A stretch of 64,000 nucleotides of DNA from assembly GCF_006345805.1 (NCBI RefSeq), contig NC_043009.1, forward strand, positions 14,694,001-14,758,000. Reading direction: 5' to 3'. The position numbers and the translations under genes were made by a program. Position 1 is the stretch's first letter. Each line of letters starts with the position of its first letter. The notes below the pieces were generated by a model. It saw only the letters and a list, made by a program, of their open reading frames with translations, searched no databases and had not been told where the DNA came from. Positions 53,301 through 64,000 of the stretch are shown here, piece after piece. The DNA is from Octopus sinensis (taxonomy: Eukaryota).

Positions 53301-54777
53301 ATACTTGAGTCCTTTGGAGAGTATATTGATTTGGTTTGCTGTTAGTTCTTTGTGAGTTAGATTGATAATTTTTATCACTTTTGGTTCTTCCTGCCTCTTT
53401 GGTGCTATCTTGCGTCTCTGTGCTTGCGTATTGAGTCTTAAAATGATTGGGGTGGTTGGGACGGTAGCTATTATGTAGTTGTTGTTGTGGGGTGCCCTGT
53501 TGTGATTTATGGTGTGGGTTCTTGGAACAGTATTGAAAAGTGTGTCCCGATATCCCATATTCAGGTATGACGATTTAGGGGGCCATCGTTAGTAATTATT
53601 GCGTGGGGTGCGGGTTTGTTGCGCATGGTTGTTTAGTAGGTTGTTGGAACGAACATCTCGTTGGTAACTCCTTATTGGGGGGAGTAGGTTGCAGCGTCTA
53701 TCCTCTCGGTAGTGATTTATCCTTTCTCTGTTTGAAGCTAGGGTACTCCCGATATTGTATCACTGGTGGCTTAAAAATTTAGGGTTAGGTCCTGTATTCT
53801 TTTCTTTTTGGTCGGGGTGATGGTTCCGATTTTTAGACAGGTGGGTATCAGTGTTTGAGTGTTGTTTTGATTTTCTTATTTTCAGGAAAGGATTGTTGGA
53901 AGCGTGCTCTGTTTGAAAGACGGTTTCAGAGTTTGAGAACCAAGTGGCGCTTTTCTCCCAGCGTTGGAGAGTTTTCAGTTCTTCTTTTTCACAGTCCTCT
54001 TTCCATAGTTTGGAGATCTTCTCTTGATTTGGCCCTTAGGTCATTTTGTGAATTTCTTGGTTGATCTCTTCATCGGTGGATTTTACTTTATCTTCATTCG
54101 TTTGGGCCCTCAAATTTAGAAGTTCTATTTCCATTTTCCTTTTTTCCATTGCCATTCTTTCCCTAAGGCATCATTGTGCTTCAGGTTCCCCTGTAATAGC
54201 TTTAATCTGGAATTTACGTGGGAGAATTAACGGTGTCCGGTTGAGCCATTTTTGTTTTTTATAAAATTATTTTAGCATTTTCTATCTTGACTTTTTTCCA
54301 TATATATCGACTAGATCATCTTCCAAAAAGCGAACTTTCTATCTCTAAGTGATTTGTTCCATATGTGGTGTTTCATTTGGTATGTTGTGAGAGTATTGAT
54401 CCCATATGCTGTCTCGTTTGGAGGTCCTTGATTCGCGTTGTTAGAGAGAAATGTTATAATTGTTTTGCATAATTTTCCAAGGTTTTCGGCGATTTCGGAG
54501 GTTGTATCTTTCGTATTAGTTTCCTCATTGTTCTCCCAAATGGGTTAATGTGTCGAGTCGAATTCGTTTAGAAATGTTGACAGATTTGTGTTGATTTTCT
54601 TGAGTTCTTTCAGTACTTCTTCATTTATGGAAGTGACTGTATCTGTTTTTGTCGGCATTTTGTGTATCTCGTGTGGGTTAATGATATGCAGACCGATGAA
54701 ATGGAACACTCTAGTCGATATATATGGAAAAAAGTCAAGATAGAAAATGCTAAAATAATTTTATAAAAAACATTTCA
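50376..54777 (-). mobile_element. Near full-length, disrupted Penelope-like element (RT + GIY-YIG) with partial terminal repeats
   Basis: N-terminal region from about 54657; ILSKGLKYTPTP (53070-53558); KEADKGSAVVLMD, FYGIPKI, SFDVVN, WKRYLDDCFILW (51880-52284); KCGRPNCGIC; GIY-YIG-like NLIHTLTYFGCQEQYIGRTKNILRKRMALH (51202-51456); 50376-50431 is repeated directly at 54721-54777. Confidence 0.93.
50430..50465 (-). ncRNA. Possible degenerate minimal hammerhead in the PLE terminal repeat
   Basis: Minus strand CAG-TTGAATA-AATC-TCAAT-GACT-GAAACCGGC-A-CTG: hammerhead-like layout at the expected PLE 3' position, but core and stems are mutated. Confidence 0.35.
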
Positions 54778-54799
54778 TATATATATAGAAAGAGATTTA

Positions 54800-54855
<56 letters not shown>

Positions 54856-54935
54856 AGTACATATATGTATATTCATATTCATGTATATATATAGATAGAT
54901 ATATACATATATATGTATATTTATATGCATGCATA

Positions 54936-54974
<39 letters not shown>

Positions 54975-54992
54975 ACATATTTAAATGCATAG

Positions 54993-55891
54993 TGTTACGG
55001 CCGCAAGGAAAAGTAAACGAACAAAAACACATTAAGCCCTTGTTCCATTAGCTGGAATTGAACCGGTGCTCCAGTTGTTCAGGACAATGGTATTTCCTTT
55101 GTCCTGTCAAAGAGCACGATTATTAATGGCCTTACGCAGTCGACTATGGCCCCACACGGTCACGGAAAGTTTAAAAAATTAAAAATTTTGGGAAGGGATC
55201 TACACACTGCTGTCATCGATATCTCTCTTCTTCTAGCTGCTGACCGTTATAATTATGGCTAGCATTGAGTAAAAGGTGGAGTCGGCGAGAGGCAGCCAAG
55301 AAGATGACAGTCAGAGACTGACAGAGACAGACAGGTGTAGTTGGAGATGGCGGAAACGAGAGACGGTAGTGAAAGAGATGACAACGAGGGGCCAAACAAG
55401 TTGTAGTAGAGGTTTATGAAGTTAAATATTGTTGCCGGCGCGAATATAAGAAACAAATGTTCTGGTAATGTTGTTTTTCTGTATGTTTTGAATTCTAATG
55501 CTTAAATGTAAACATTTGAAAAAAGAAGAGAAGAGACGATGTGTTGTTGAAATGAAAAAAAGAGAGAGGATCTGACGTAACCGTTGAAAAGAAAAAAAGG
55601 GAGCGTGTTGTTGGCTGTCTTTAAAAGAAAAAAAAATGGAGAAAATAAGATAACTTGGAAAGGATTTTAAAAGAAAAGAAGGAACTTTTTGAGAACTATC
55701 GTGTTAAAAAAAGAAATGTTTGAATTACGCAACTCCGCTGTATGTCTCTTTCTTTTGTTGTTTTGGTTCCTGGCTGCGTTCGCCGCCTTCCTTCTTTCCC
55801 GTGATGGATTTCCGGTTTACTGAGTGTCATCGTCGCGACTTAAGGCCCGTGGTGGAATCGGAAGGCCTTGGGCCTGAGTGCCGGCGTAACA
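54993..55891. mobile_element. Probable solo LTR (~899 bp)
   Basis: Begins TGTTACG and ends CGTAACA (7-bp inverted termini); flanks ATAG/ATAT suggest a 4-bp TSD with one mismatch; GC-richer island inside (TA)n. Confidence 0.7.
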
Positions 55892-56074
55892 ATATATATA
55901 CATGAATATATATATATATATAATATATATATATATATATGTATATATGTATATACATATATATGTATATATATACATGTATATATATATATATATGCAT
56001 ATATATACCTATGTATATATGTATATTTATATATATATTTATATGTGTATATATATATGTATAAATATATGTAT

Positions 56075-56107
<33 letters not shown>

Positions 56108-56164
56108 CGTTTGTGTGTGTGCGTGCGTCTGTGCGTGTGCGTGCGAGTCTGTGTACGTGCGTTT

Positions 56165-56350
56165 TCACACGCACCATCGCTTGACAACCAACGTTGCTGT
56201 GTTTGCGTCACCGTAACAGCTGTTTGGCAAAACACTCCGATAGAAAATTACTATGCTTATAAACAATAAATCCTGGGCTCAAATTCTTCGACTAAAGGCG
56301 ATGCTCCAGCATGGCCATAGTCACACGACCGAAACCCAGTTAAGCAATAA
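56165..56350 (+). mobile_element. SINE 3' half (family of 6065-6510)
   Basis: CATCGCTTGACAACC...AAGGCGATGCTCCAGCATGGCCA is the reverse complement of 6100-6265. Confidence 0.75.
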
Positions 56351-58933
56351 AGAGCTATGCCATCTTAATCACGAGCAAGGCCGGTTATCTGTGCTAGTTT
56401 CGTACATAGTATAGATATACGTATGTACCAATTACTCATAGAAAGTAATTAGAGAATGTGAAGTATTAGCCTGTTGCTGTAAAGTAAGCGTTTCTCCTGT
56501 AAACGCTTTCTTTACATGAAATGATTTGCAACCTCAACAAGGTTTCGAAGCAAATGTTTCTGGGAGAGGAGCGATAGACATAATGCCAAACACAATACTC
56601 TGATACAAAAAGCCTATTTATGACAAACATTACAGATAGTAAAAAAATAATGGAAACAGATTTCGAATACGACGGAAAGGTAATAAAATAAATGTTTTGA
56701 GAACAATAAAAATGGTAACTATGATGGCAATTTAGGAGCTAATAAAATGAACAGAGATGATAATAAAATAACCGATAAAAGTATTTAAATGATTGCTCAA
56801 ACTTTTGATGAGCAGTTCGGAAACATAAGCTAATGAAATATGATGAAGTTAATTTTGGAAAACAACAGACAGTGATTAGTTCAAAATTCAGCTGTTTTGG
56901 AAAGAAATATATTTGCCCATAGAACTCATAGCGTGCTTGTAAATTTTCAAAGGTGCTTAAATCAGAGTCGATTCCCTTACTTTGACAAACAGGTTCCTGT
57001 TTGTAATATAAGGTAATATCTATACTTGGAAGACAAGGAAATGAAGCTCAGCTAAACACCATCCATAAAATTCTCCCATGATACAGTGACTGGGTTACAG
57101 AATGAGTTTATCATCAACCTGATTAAACGTTCAAATCTACAGTCTAACAAACCGGTTAGTATTTGTTTGTTGCTGGAAAGTGCGTGTTGAATGAACAGCA
57201 TTTCTTTGTTAAACTCATTTAGGTATTGTAAAAATGCTACAGATCTCTATGTTAGAATCTATTCTACACGGTCAAACCGAGACACCTTTCTTCAGAACAT
57301 CCTGGTAGTAGACGTAAGGGAGAATCAATTATAAAAGCAAGCATCAGTTTAAAATATAATTTTTTTCTCTGGCAGAGATTTCCTCAACGTAGAAGGTCAG
57401 AAATTTCAGAATAATTTTGTAAATATACCCGGTTGGTTTTGGAAGCTTTAAATATGAGAAACCATTTGATCCGTCGTTAAACGATCGCAGTCAGTTCACC
57501 ACGAAATCTGTGCCTAAGTTTGAAAGATTGACCTACTTAGAATATATAAATATATCTATAAATGTATCTAAATGTATCTATAAATGTATCTTATTATATT
57601 TTCAGGTATAGCGTATCAGAAAAAATCCCAGAAAATTTTTGAACGAATATTCTGAAATAAATTCCATTGATATATTGATATAATGTGACTTACCATTGAA
57701 ATAAAATTTTGGTATTGTTCCTGTTAGGAATTGCTTGCTGCAAAATATTCTTTACCAAATCTGCCACGACTCCTCACGTTATGCTGTGATTGTCTGACAT
57801 ATATTGACAAATGCTTTGGAGGTACTTAATGCAATAATTGGAATGAAATACAAAGTGCACTGTATAGAAGAATCAGATCAATCAATCAATTTTATTACAT
57901 GTCCTCTGATCAATGACTGAGTGTTTCAACAATAAATTTGTTAAATTGAAAATACATTGTTATTGGCTTTAAGATAATGATACTCAAAACGCCAGTCAAT
58001 GATTAATAATTTTGAAAAAAATCCTTTATTCTAATATAAATAAAAGCGCATTTTAGTATTCTTGAAAATTATTAGCGCTAGATATTTCCTCCATGCACTA
58101 GGGAAGCATATTTTGAGACAGCGATTTGCTAGTGGAAAAGTTTGGTAAATAATATACGGATATATTTTTGAAGTACTTTTGAATTGAAATTACCGTGCGA
58201 TTCATACAATTATGTTAAATGATGTGAAATGAAGTTCTGAAATAGTCTAAATGGACATATTAGTATTTTGAACCAGCTGAAAGGAGATCATCAAGTTTAT
58301 TGTATACGGTAGAATTCTGAAGCTGGTAATCTTACTATAAAGCGTTGTTTGTTTAGAGTTAATATCTTCTTTGTGTCATGTTTCGTTCCATTTCTTATCC
58401 CAACTAATTTTTCTTTACAATTGAATGAAAGCAATAAAATTCTCTTTAAGATCAGTGATTCAACGTTTTAGACGTCATAAACCTAGGAAAACAAAACAGT
58501 TTCTAATTATCTTTTTGGAAACAAAAGGAATAAATGATATGTGTTGATTTTTACCACACGAACATACACAGGCACGCACACATACCTGCAGTCATATTTA
58601 AACCTACATATACAACTGTACAGAGAAAGCGTATTGGCGTACACATACTGAAATTCGCTTGTGTATATATGAAAAGCTCTCGGTGTGTGATTAGGATGTT
58701 AAATTTAAGATCACGTTTTTACAAGATTGATGTCAACTGCGTGGTTCAGATCCTTAGAAGAATAATTTAAAAACTAGGTTCCTGTTACCCAATAACTTAT
58801 AAATCAAAGTTTTCAGTTGGAAAGTGTATGGAAGACCATTCTTTATGTATGGATACATACATGCATACACACGTTTATATATACATACATTCACAAACAT
58901 ACACACTCACATACACACACATATATACACTTA

Positions 58934-58964
<31 letters not shown>

Positions 58965-58969
58965 ATATA

Positions 58970-59050
<81 letters not shown>

Positions 59051-59074
59051 AATATTCTTTTATACTTTTATTCT

Positions 59075-59292
59075 ATCACTTATTTCAGTTATTTGACTAC
59101 GGTCATGCTGGAGCATCGCCTTTATTCAAACAAATCAACAACAGGACTTATTCTTTGCAAGCCAAGTACGTATTCTATCGGGATCTTTTGCCGAACCGCT
59201 AATTTTACGGTGACGTAAACACACCAACATCGGTTGTCAAGCGATGGTGGGGGGACAAGCATACACACACAAATATATACATACACACATCC

Positions 59293-59347
<55 letters not shown>

Positions 59348-59460
59348 TATAACGGGCTTCTTTCAGTCTACTAAATCCACTCACACGGCTTGTCCAAGGT
59401 GGGACTGAACCCAGAAACAGGTCATTGGGAAGCAAGACTCTTAGCACACAGCCACTCCTA
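59075..59460 (-). mobile_element. SINE with internal (TA)n (family of 6065-6510)
   Basis: Collinear with 6065-6510, with an internal deletion. Confidence 0.8.
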
Positions 59461-59529
59461 CAATTTCAAAAATTTATTACAAAGGCAAATGATGGGATAT
59501 ATTTATCAAAGTTGTTCTATTTACTCAGT

Positions 59530-60703
59530 TGCTGTCAAAGTTTTTAACCACATCGCATTTCCGTTTTTCAGGTAATCTATTGAGGGAAAATATTCGGTTA
59601 AATGACCCCCCCCCAAAAAAAAAAGCTACACTTTGTACCTTTTGAGGTACAATGTGTATCGTGGTGTGTTGAAAGAAAATTGGACACACAGACCCAGTGG
59701 AACTACAGGATGAAGTATGGAAGAAATCCACCGCCGTGTCTGTCAATTTGTGCATGACAAGACATTTAAGGAAACAGGAATAGTGCTGGATAAAAGGAGT
59801 AGTGGACGATGAAAGCTATAATCGTGTAAGCCAACCCTTTACTAGTCCTCCTACAAATTCCATACTTAGTGCTGCCAGACATTTACAGCTACTACGCTGA
59901 ACAATGCACAAAGTTCTACACCAGAAGTTACGATTGTATGCTTAAAAAGTGCAAATCTTACAGGCACTCGAACCAAATGATAAAGCAAGACGAAAATTGT
60001 TTGCAGTTAACATGCTGGAACAAATTTCAGAGTTCCTCACCCGAGTTTGATTTAGCCATTAGGCAGACTTTCATGCTTCAGTAAGAATATAAATGTGAGA
60101 ATCTTGGAATCAGAACAGCTCCATGTGACCCCATCCAAAAATGAATATCTGATGTTGGGATGATATGTAATCAAATCATTGGTCCAGTTTATCTTCATAG
60201 AGAGATAACTTTCTGCAGTTGAGTACCTTGAACACTTGACTGAATATGTGGCACCAGAACTGGATGACCTTCAGCCAGCTATCATTGTCCAGCACCACAC
60301 TGGGGAGTGCATGTTCGTGGGTTCCTAAATCACACATTTCCAGACCAGTGGATTGGAAGGAGTGGCCTAATTCCCTGGCCACCTCGTTCCCCAGATATCA
60401 TTTGAACTATTTTCTATGGGGTTATGTTAAAGACATCGTGTATCGAACAAAGAAACAAGACATCACCGACCTGAAGCAAAGGTTCACTGTTGACATTGCC
60501 ACCATTCATAAAGCTGTACTACAACGGACATGACAAGAAATTGAGTTTTTATGTGCTTCGTGCAACTAATGGTGTCTCCACAGAGATGTATTAAATGATG
60601 CACTTCAATATATTTTACTTTTGTGATAATTTCTACAGATTTATCAAATTATTTGCTTCTGCAATTAATTTTTAATATTGTAAGCAGACTTTATGAACAC
60701 TCT

Positions 60704-60707
<4 letters not shown>
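59530..60707 (+). mobile_element. Decayed Tc1/mariner superfamily transposon
   Basis: FKETGIVLDKRSSGR, NYFLWGYVKDIVYRTK.QDITDLKQR (60246-60533); right end CTTTATGAACACTCTG|TA. Left boundary uncertain. Confidence 0.72.
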
Positions 60708-60754
<47 letters not shown>

Positions 60755-60814
60755 CATAAATACTTCTCTGTGTGGGTGGGCGCGCACAGTCTGTGTGTAT
60801 GTGTATATAATTCT

Positions 60815-60980
60815 TTCTAGTAAAACAGACCACGCAATTTAGGAGGAAGGGGTTAAGTGAATACATTGACCCCTAGCAGTTGTTTATCAACCTCGGAATT
60901 TGAACTGAGAACGTGAAGCCGGAAGTAATGCTGCAGTCTATTTTGTCCACCATATTTACGATTCTGCCTGCCCGACACAC
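60815..60980 (-). mobile_element. Diverged Meta-domain SINE fragment
   Basis: GGAATTTGAACTGAGAACGT and GATTCTGCC match the minus-strand family pattern. Confidence 0.55.
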
Positions 60981-62058
60981 CATGTGTAATGATTTAAGAA
61001 TGTTAATGATGATGGTGATAATGATGATGATGATGATGATGATGACGTTCATGATGCTGATGATGATGATGATGATGAAGTTCATGATGTTACTGATTTA
61101 GGTAAAAGTGAAGAGTCTTAAATGGAAAGAAATATTGAAGAGGGAAACATGTAAAACAGAATAATTATGGATAATGGTTATAAGGATACATTGAAAATAA
61201 AGTTAATGATAAAGATTTGCTCAATAATAGCCACAAACCGCGCTGACAGGTTGGAAAATTCTACCTAAATTGACCAAAGGAATCCGTGGTCCATATTACG
61301 TTTTATCACAAAATCTTCAATATAAATCTTTGTCTGAGCTTTCAGAATATTCAGTGGTGTCATTAAATCAGAGCGGCTGGTAATGTCTTGCGTCTAATGG
61401 ATGTTCCATGTGAAATACTGTGTAAGTATCAAACTACACTTTAACGTTAGTCTCTCTGTCTTATTTTATTTCTAGTCTGGACCCAATTTGTAGAATGCCA
61501 ACACTGTATCCAAATGATTGTCGGTTACATTTTCTTTATGCTAAAATAGCTATGAACACAATTCTCTCCTGGAGAAGTGTTCCTTCTCCAGTGCAATATG
61601 TTGACTATTCTTACATATTAGTATCCACTTTGCGAAATGGTTTTGTTGTTTGGGTGTTTTTTTATTGTAGGAATCATTTGTAGTTTTGTTTCCCCGAGGA
61701 CGTTGGCAACTTTCCCCTCCACACTATTTGTTCCTTAACCTTGTAACTAGATGTAAGAAGATTTATAGAGAATGTGGGTTCAATATTGTTCGCCTCGTCT
61801 GGGCCCCACTATTGCTATTTCTCGTCAAGCATTTTCTTTTCCATTCCCCCTCTCTCTGTCACTACTGATTCTACTTGGGAAAGATTCCTTAGGCTTTTTC
61901 GTCGGCTTCTAAAACTAACAGTAAAACAATGTCTTTTGACGTCTCTAAAACTGTGTTGCCTTAGAATCAGCAACCCCTCTGATGTGCTGGTGCTGCTGAG
62001 ATTTCCTTTTCATTCATCGCGGACAAGATGCCATTAAATGATTTGTATATATGCGTGT

Positions 62059-62390
62059 GAAGGCGCATGGCTCAGTGGTTAGAGCGTCGAGCTTACGATC
62101 GTGAGGTTGTGAGCTCGAATCCCGGACCGGGCTGCGTGTTGTGTTCTTGAGCAAGACACCTTATTTCACGTTGCTCCAGTTAATGAGCAAGTTAATGAGT
62201 TGCGACGTCACAGGTGCCAGGCTGTATCGGCCTTTGCCTTTCCATTGGATAACACTTGTGGCATGGAGAGGGGAGGCTGGTATGCATGAGCGATTGCTTG
62301 TTTCCATAAAACAACCTTGTCCGGATTGTGCCTGGGAGGATAACTTTCTAGGTGCAATCCCACGGTCAGTCATGACCGAAGGGGATCTCA
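62059..62390 (+). mobile_element. tRNA-derived SINE
   Basis: GGCGCATGGCTCAGTGG (A box) ... GCTCGAATCCC (B box) ... GTTGTGTTCTTGAGCAAGACAC. Confidence 0.85.
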
Positions 62391-63651
62391 AATATATGCG
62401 TGTGTAGCATCTGGTATTTATACTGTGAACGAACAGGTTTGTAACTTTTCTATAGGCACTTGCTACTGAGCATGTCTTTGTTATTGGTTTATGCACTTGT
62501 GGGTGAAGCCCTTTTGTGTGCTTATAGTAACCCATATTTATATGTGCACATTTTGCCAAATGGCAAGTCGACATTGAGTAATTTCCCGTATTGTTTTACA
62601 AAGTGGATCACCAATATTCTTCATGATGATCCCTTTATTCGGCCTTCTTTAATAATACAGGAAGAACTTTTGTGCCAGTGTGTTAAGCACTGACTAATCA
62701 TGTGCTCTAGCCCAATCTTCAGTTCTGAAAGCAATCCATTTTATTATATGCTCTCCTTCCCCGATATATGCCACTTCACGCTACGAATCCGCAGGGAATG
62801 CTTTTAATTGCTGTTTGGAGTGCATAAGGTAATTTTCTATAGCTTTTATACATACAGGCAAGGTATTATAAAATTTCCCTCATCTGTGTGAGCTAGCCAT
62901 CTGCATAGAAGCATGCGCATTCATGACATAATATTAATATAATACCCGCTTCTCTTTTTAATGTTTCATATATAGTATCCAGCAATAGAAAAGATCACAG
63001 AAAACGTCAATTTCGAAAGTCTACGCACGAATACTTACATTATCATTGTTATTCTTTATGTCATGATTGTTTACAAATTGCTGTTTTCTACCAAAGCGTA
63101 ATGAAAATTCATGTATATTTGCTAATTTTTGTTCTTGTAATGTGTTTATCAGCTGTCTTGCCTGTTTGTTGCTACTTTTCTTGGGATGTTTCCAATATCA
63201 TCTGATTTGAAATTAAACATTGTTCTATTTTATTATGTGATTGCACAGCACATCTTTCATATCCTTGCCTCGATGGTGAAATTTGTCTGTCAACTGATGG
63301 TTAAATGCTTGCCGGAAGGACAAGGTATTGTTCTTTTCGTGTTTTATGGACTTAATTTCTCACAAGCTTTACACACCACCTAGGACTTGGATAACTTTAG
63401 TATGTACACTTATGTTGCTAACACTCAGTTTAAGTGTTATGTTAGATCACAACGTCATTCAGCACCACCCCATCCCACCCGTTTAGTCCAGGCTTTGAAA
63501 ATTTACTTAGTACCGCATTTCTCCGTCTCTTTCTAAGTCATTAAAAAAGTTTCAGATTATAAGTCAGTGCAATTAATATTCATATTTCTTGGCATCGACT
63601 CCTGCCTAGAAGTTTCCTTTGTAAAAGTAAGGTGTGATGTAGCAGTAGTAT

Positions 63652-63835
63652 TAAGTTAAGTTAAGTTAAGTTAATTTTTTGGCTCAAAAAGCAAAAGCAA
63701 TGCCATGTAGGGGGACATGGAGTTATGTACAGGGAGGGTGTTCAGGCCATTTCTGGTCAAGAGAGACTTTGAACCGAACGGTCGTCGGCATCTTCACTAT
63801 CTCGTCCGGCAGCTTATTCCACGGATCCGCAACCA
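63652..63835 (-). mobile_element. CR1/L2-group LINE 3' end with (TTAAC)n tail
   Basis: Minus strand VADPWNKLPDEIVKMPTTVRFKVSLDQKW; tail repeat at 63652-63674. Confidence 0.82.
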
Positions 63836-64000
63836 ATGATTTGATTACATATCATCCCAACGGATTGAGATGAAATCGTCGTAGATTATTGCATTATGAG
63901 TTGTTCTGGTTAAGACAAATAATAAAGGTCGTCCTGCATTCTTGACATATTCAAGGATTGTTAGAGACTTCAAGCATACGCACATCAGTCACTATGGCTG

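Noticed and set aside
62059-62135. tRNA-like sequences here and at 14660 and 13148
   Set aside because: They continue into SINE bodies and lack a clean cloverleaf and acceptor stem.
62400-63400. Possible very old RTE-like remnant on the minus strand
   Set aside because: Too decayed to support with specific motifs.

Overview
AT-rich, microsatellite-dense eukaryotic DNA with no recognisable intact host gene. The SINE/LINE complement and repeat style suggest an octopod cephalopod (inference). The window is a mosaic of decayed mobile elements: two Penelope-like elements (one near full length with RT and GIY-YIG), two R4/Dong-like RLE LINE 3' ends sitting in (AAT)n tracts, Tx1/L1-like gag ORF1 pieces, RTE and CR1 remnants, four Tc1/mariner remnants, a probable solo LTR, fold-back MITE-like hairpins and many tRNA-derived SINEs. 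Most listed ORFs are translations of microsatellites. The most unusual signals are: (1) a ~190-bp fold-back at 18636-18823 carrying two type I hammerhead ribozyme motifs on opposite strands; (2) an adjacent element combining a tRNA-like B box with a minimal hammerhead, split by an R4/Dong insertion; (3) apparent head-to-tail ORF1-only Tx1-like units whose 3' end shares an exact 19-mer with a local SINE tail. Coordinates of degenerate elements are approximate and were read by eye.
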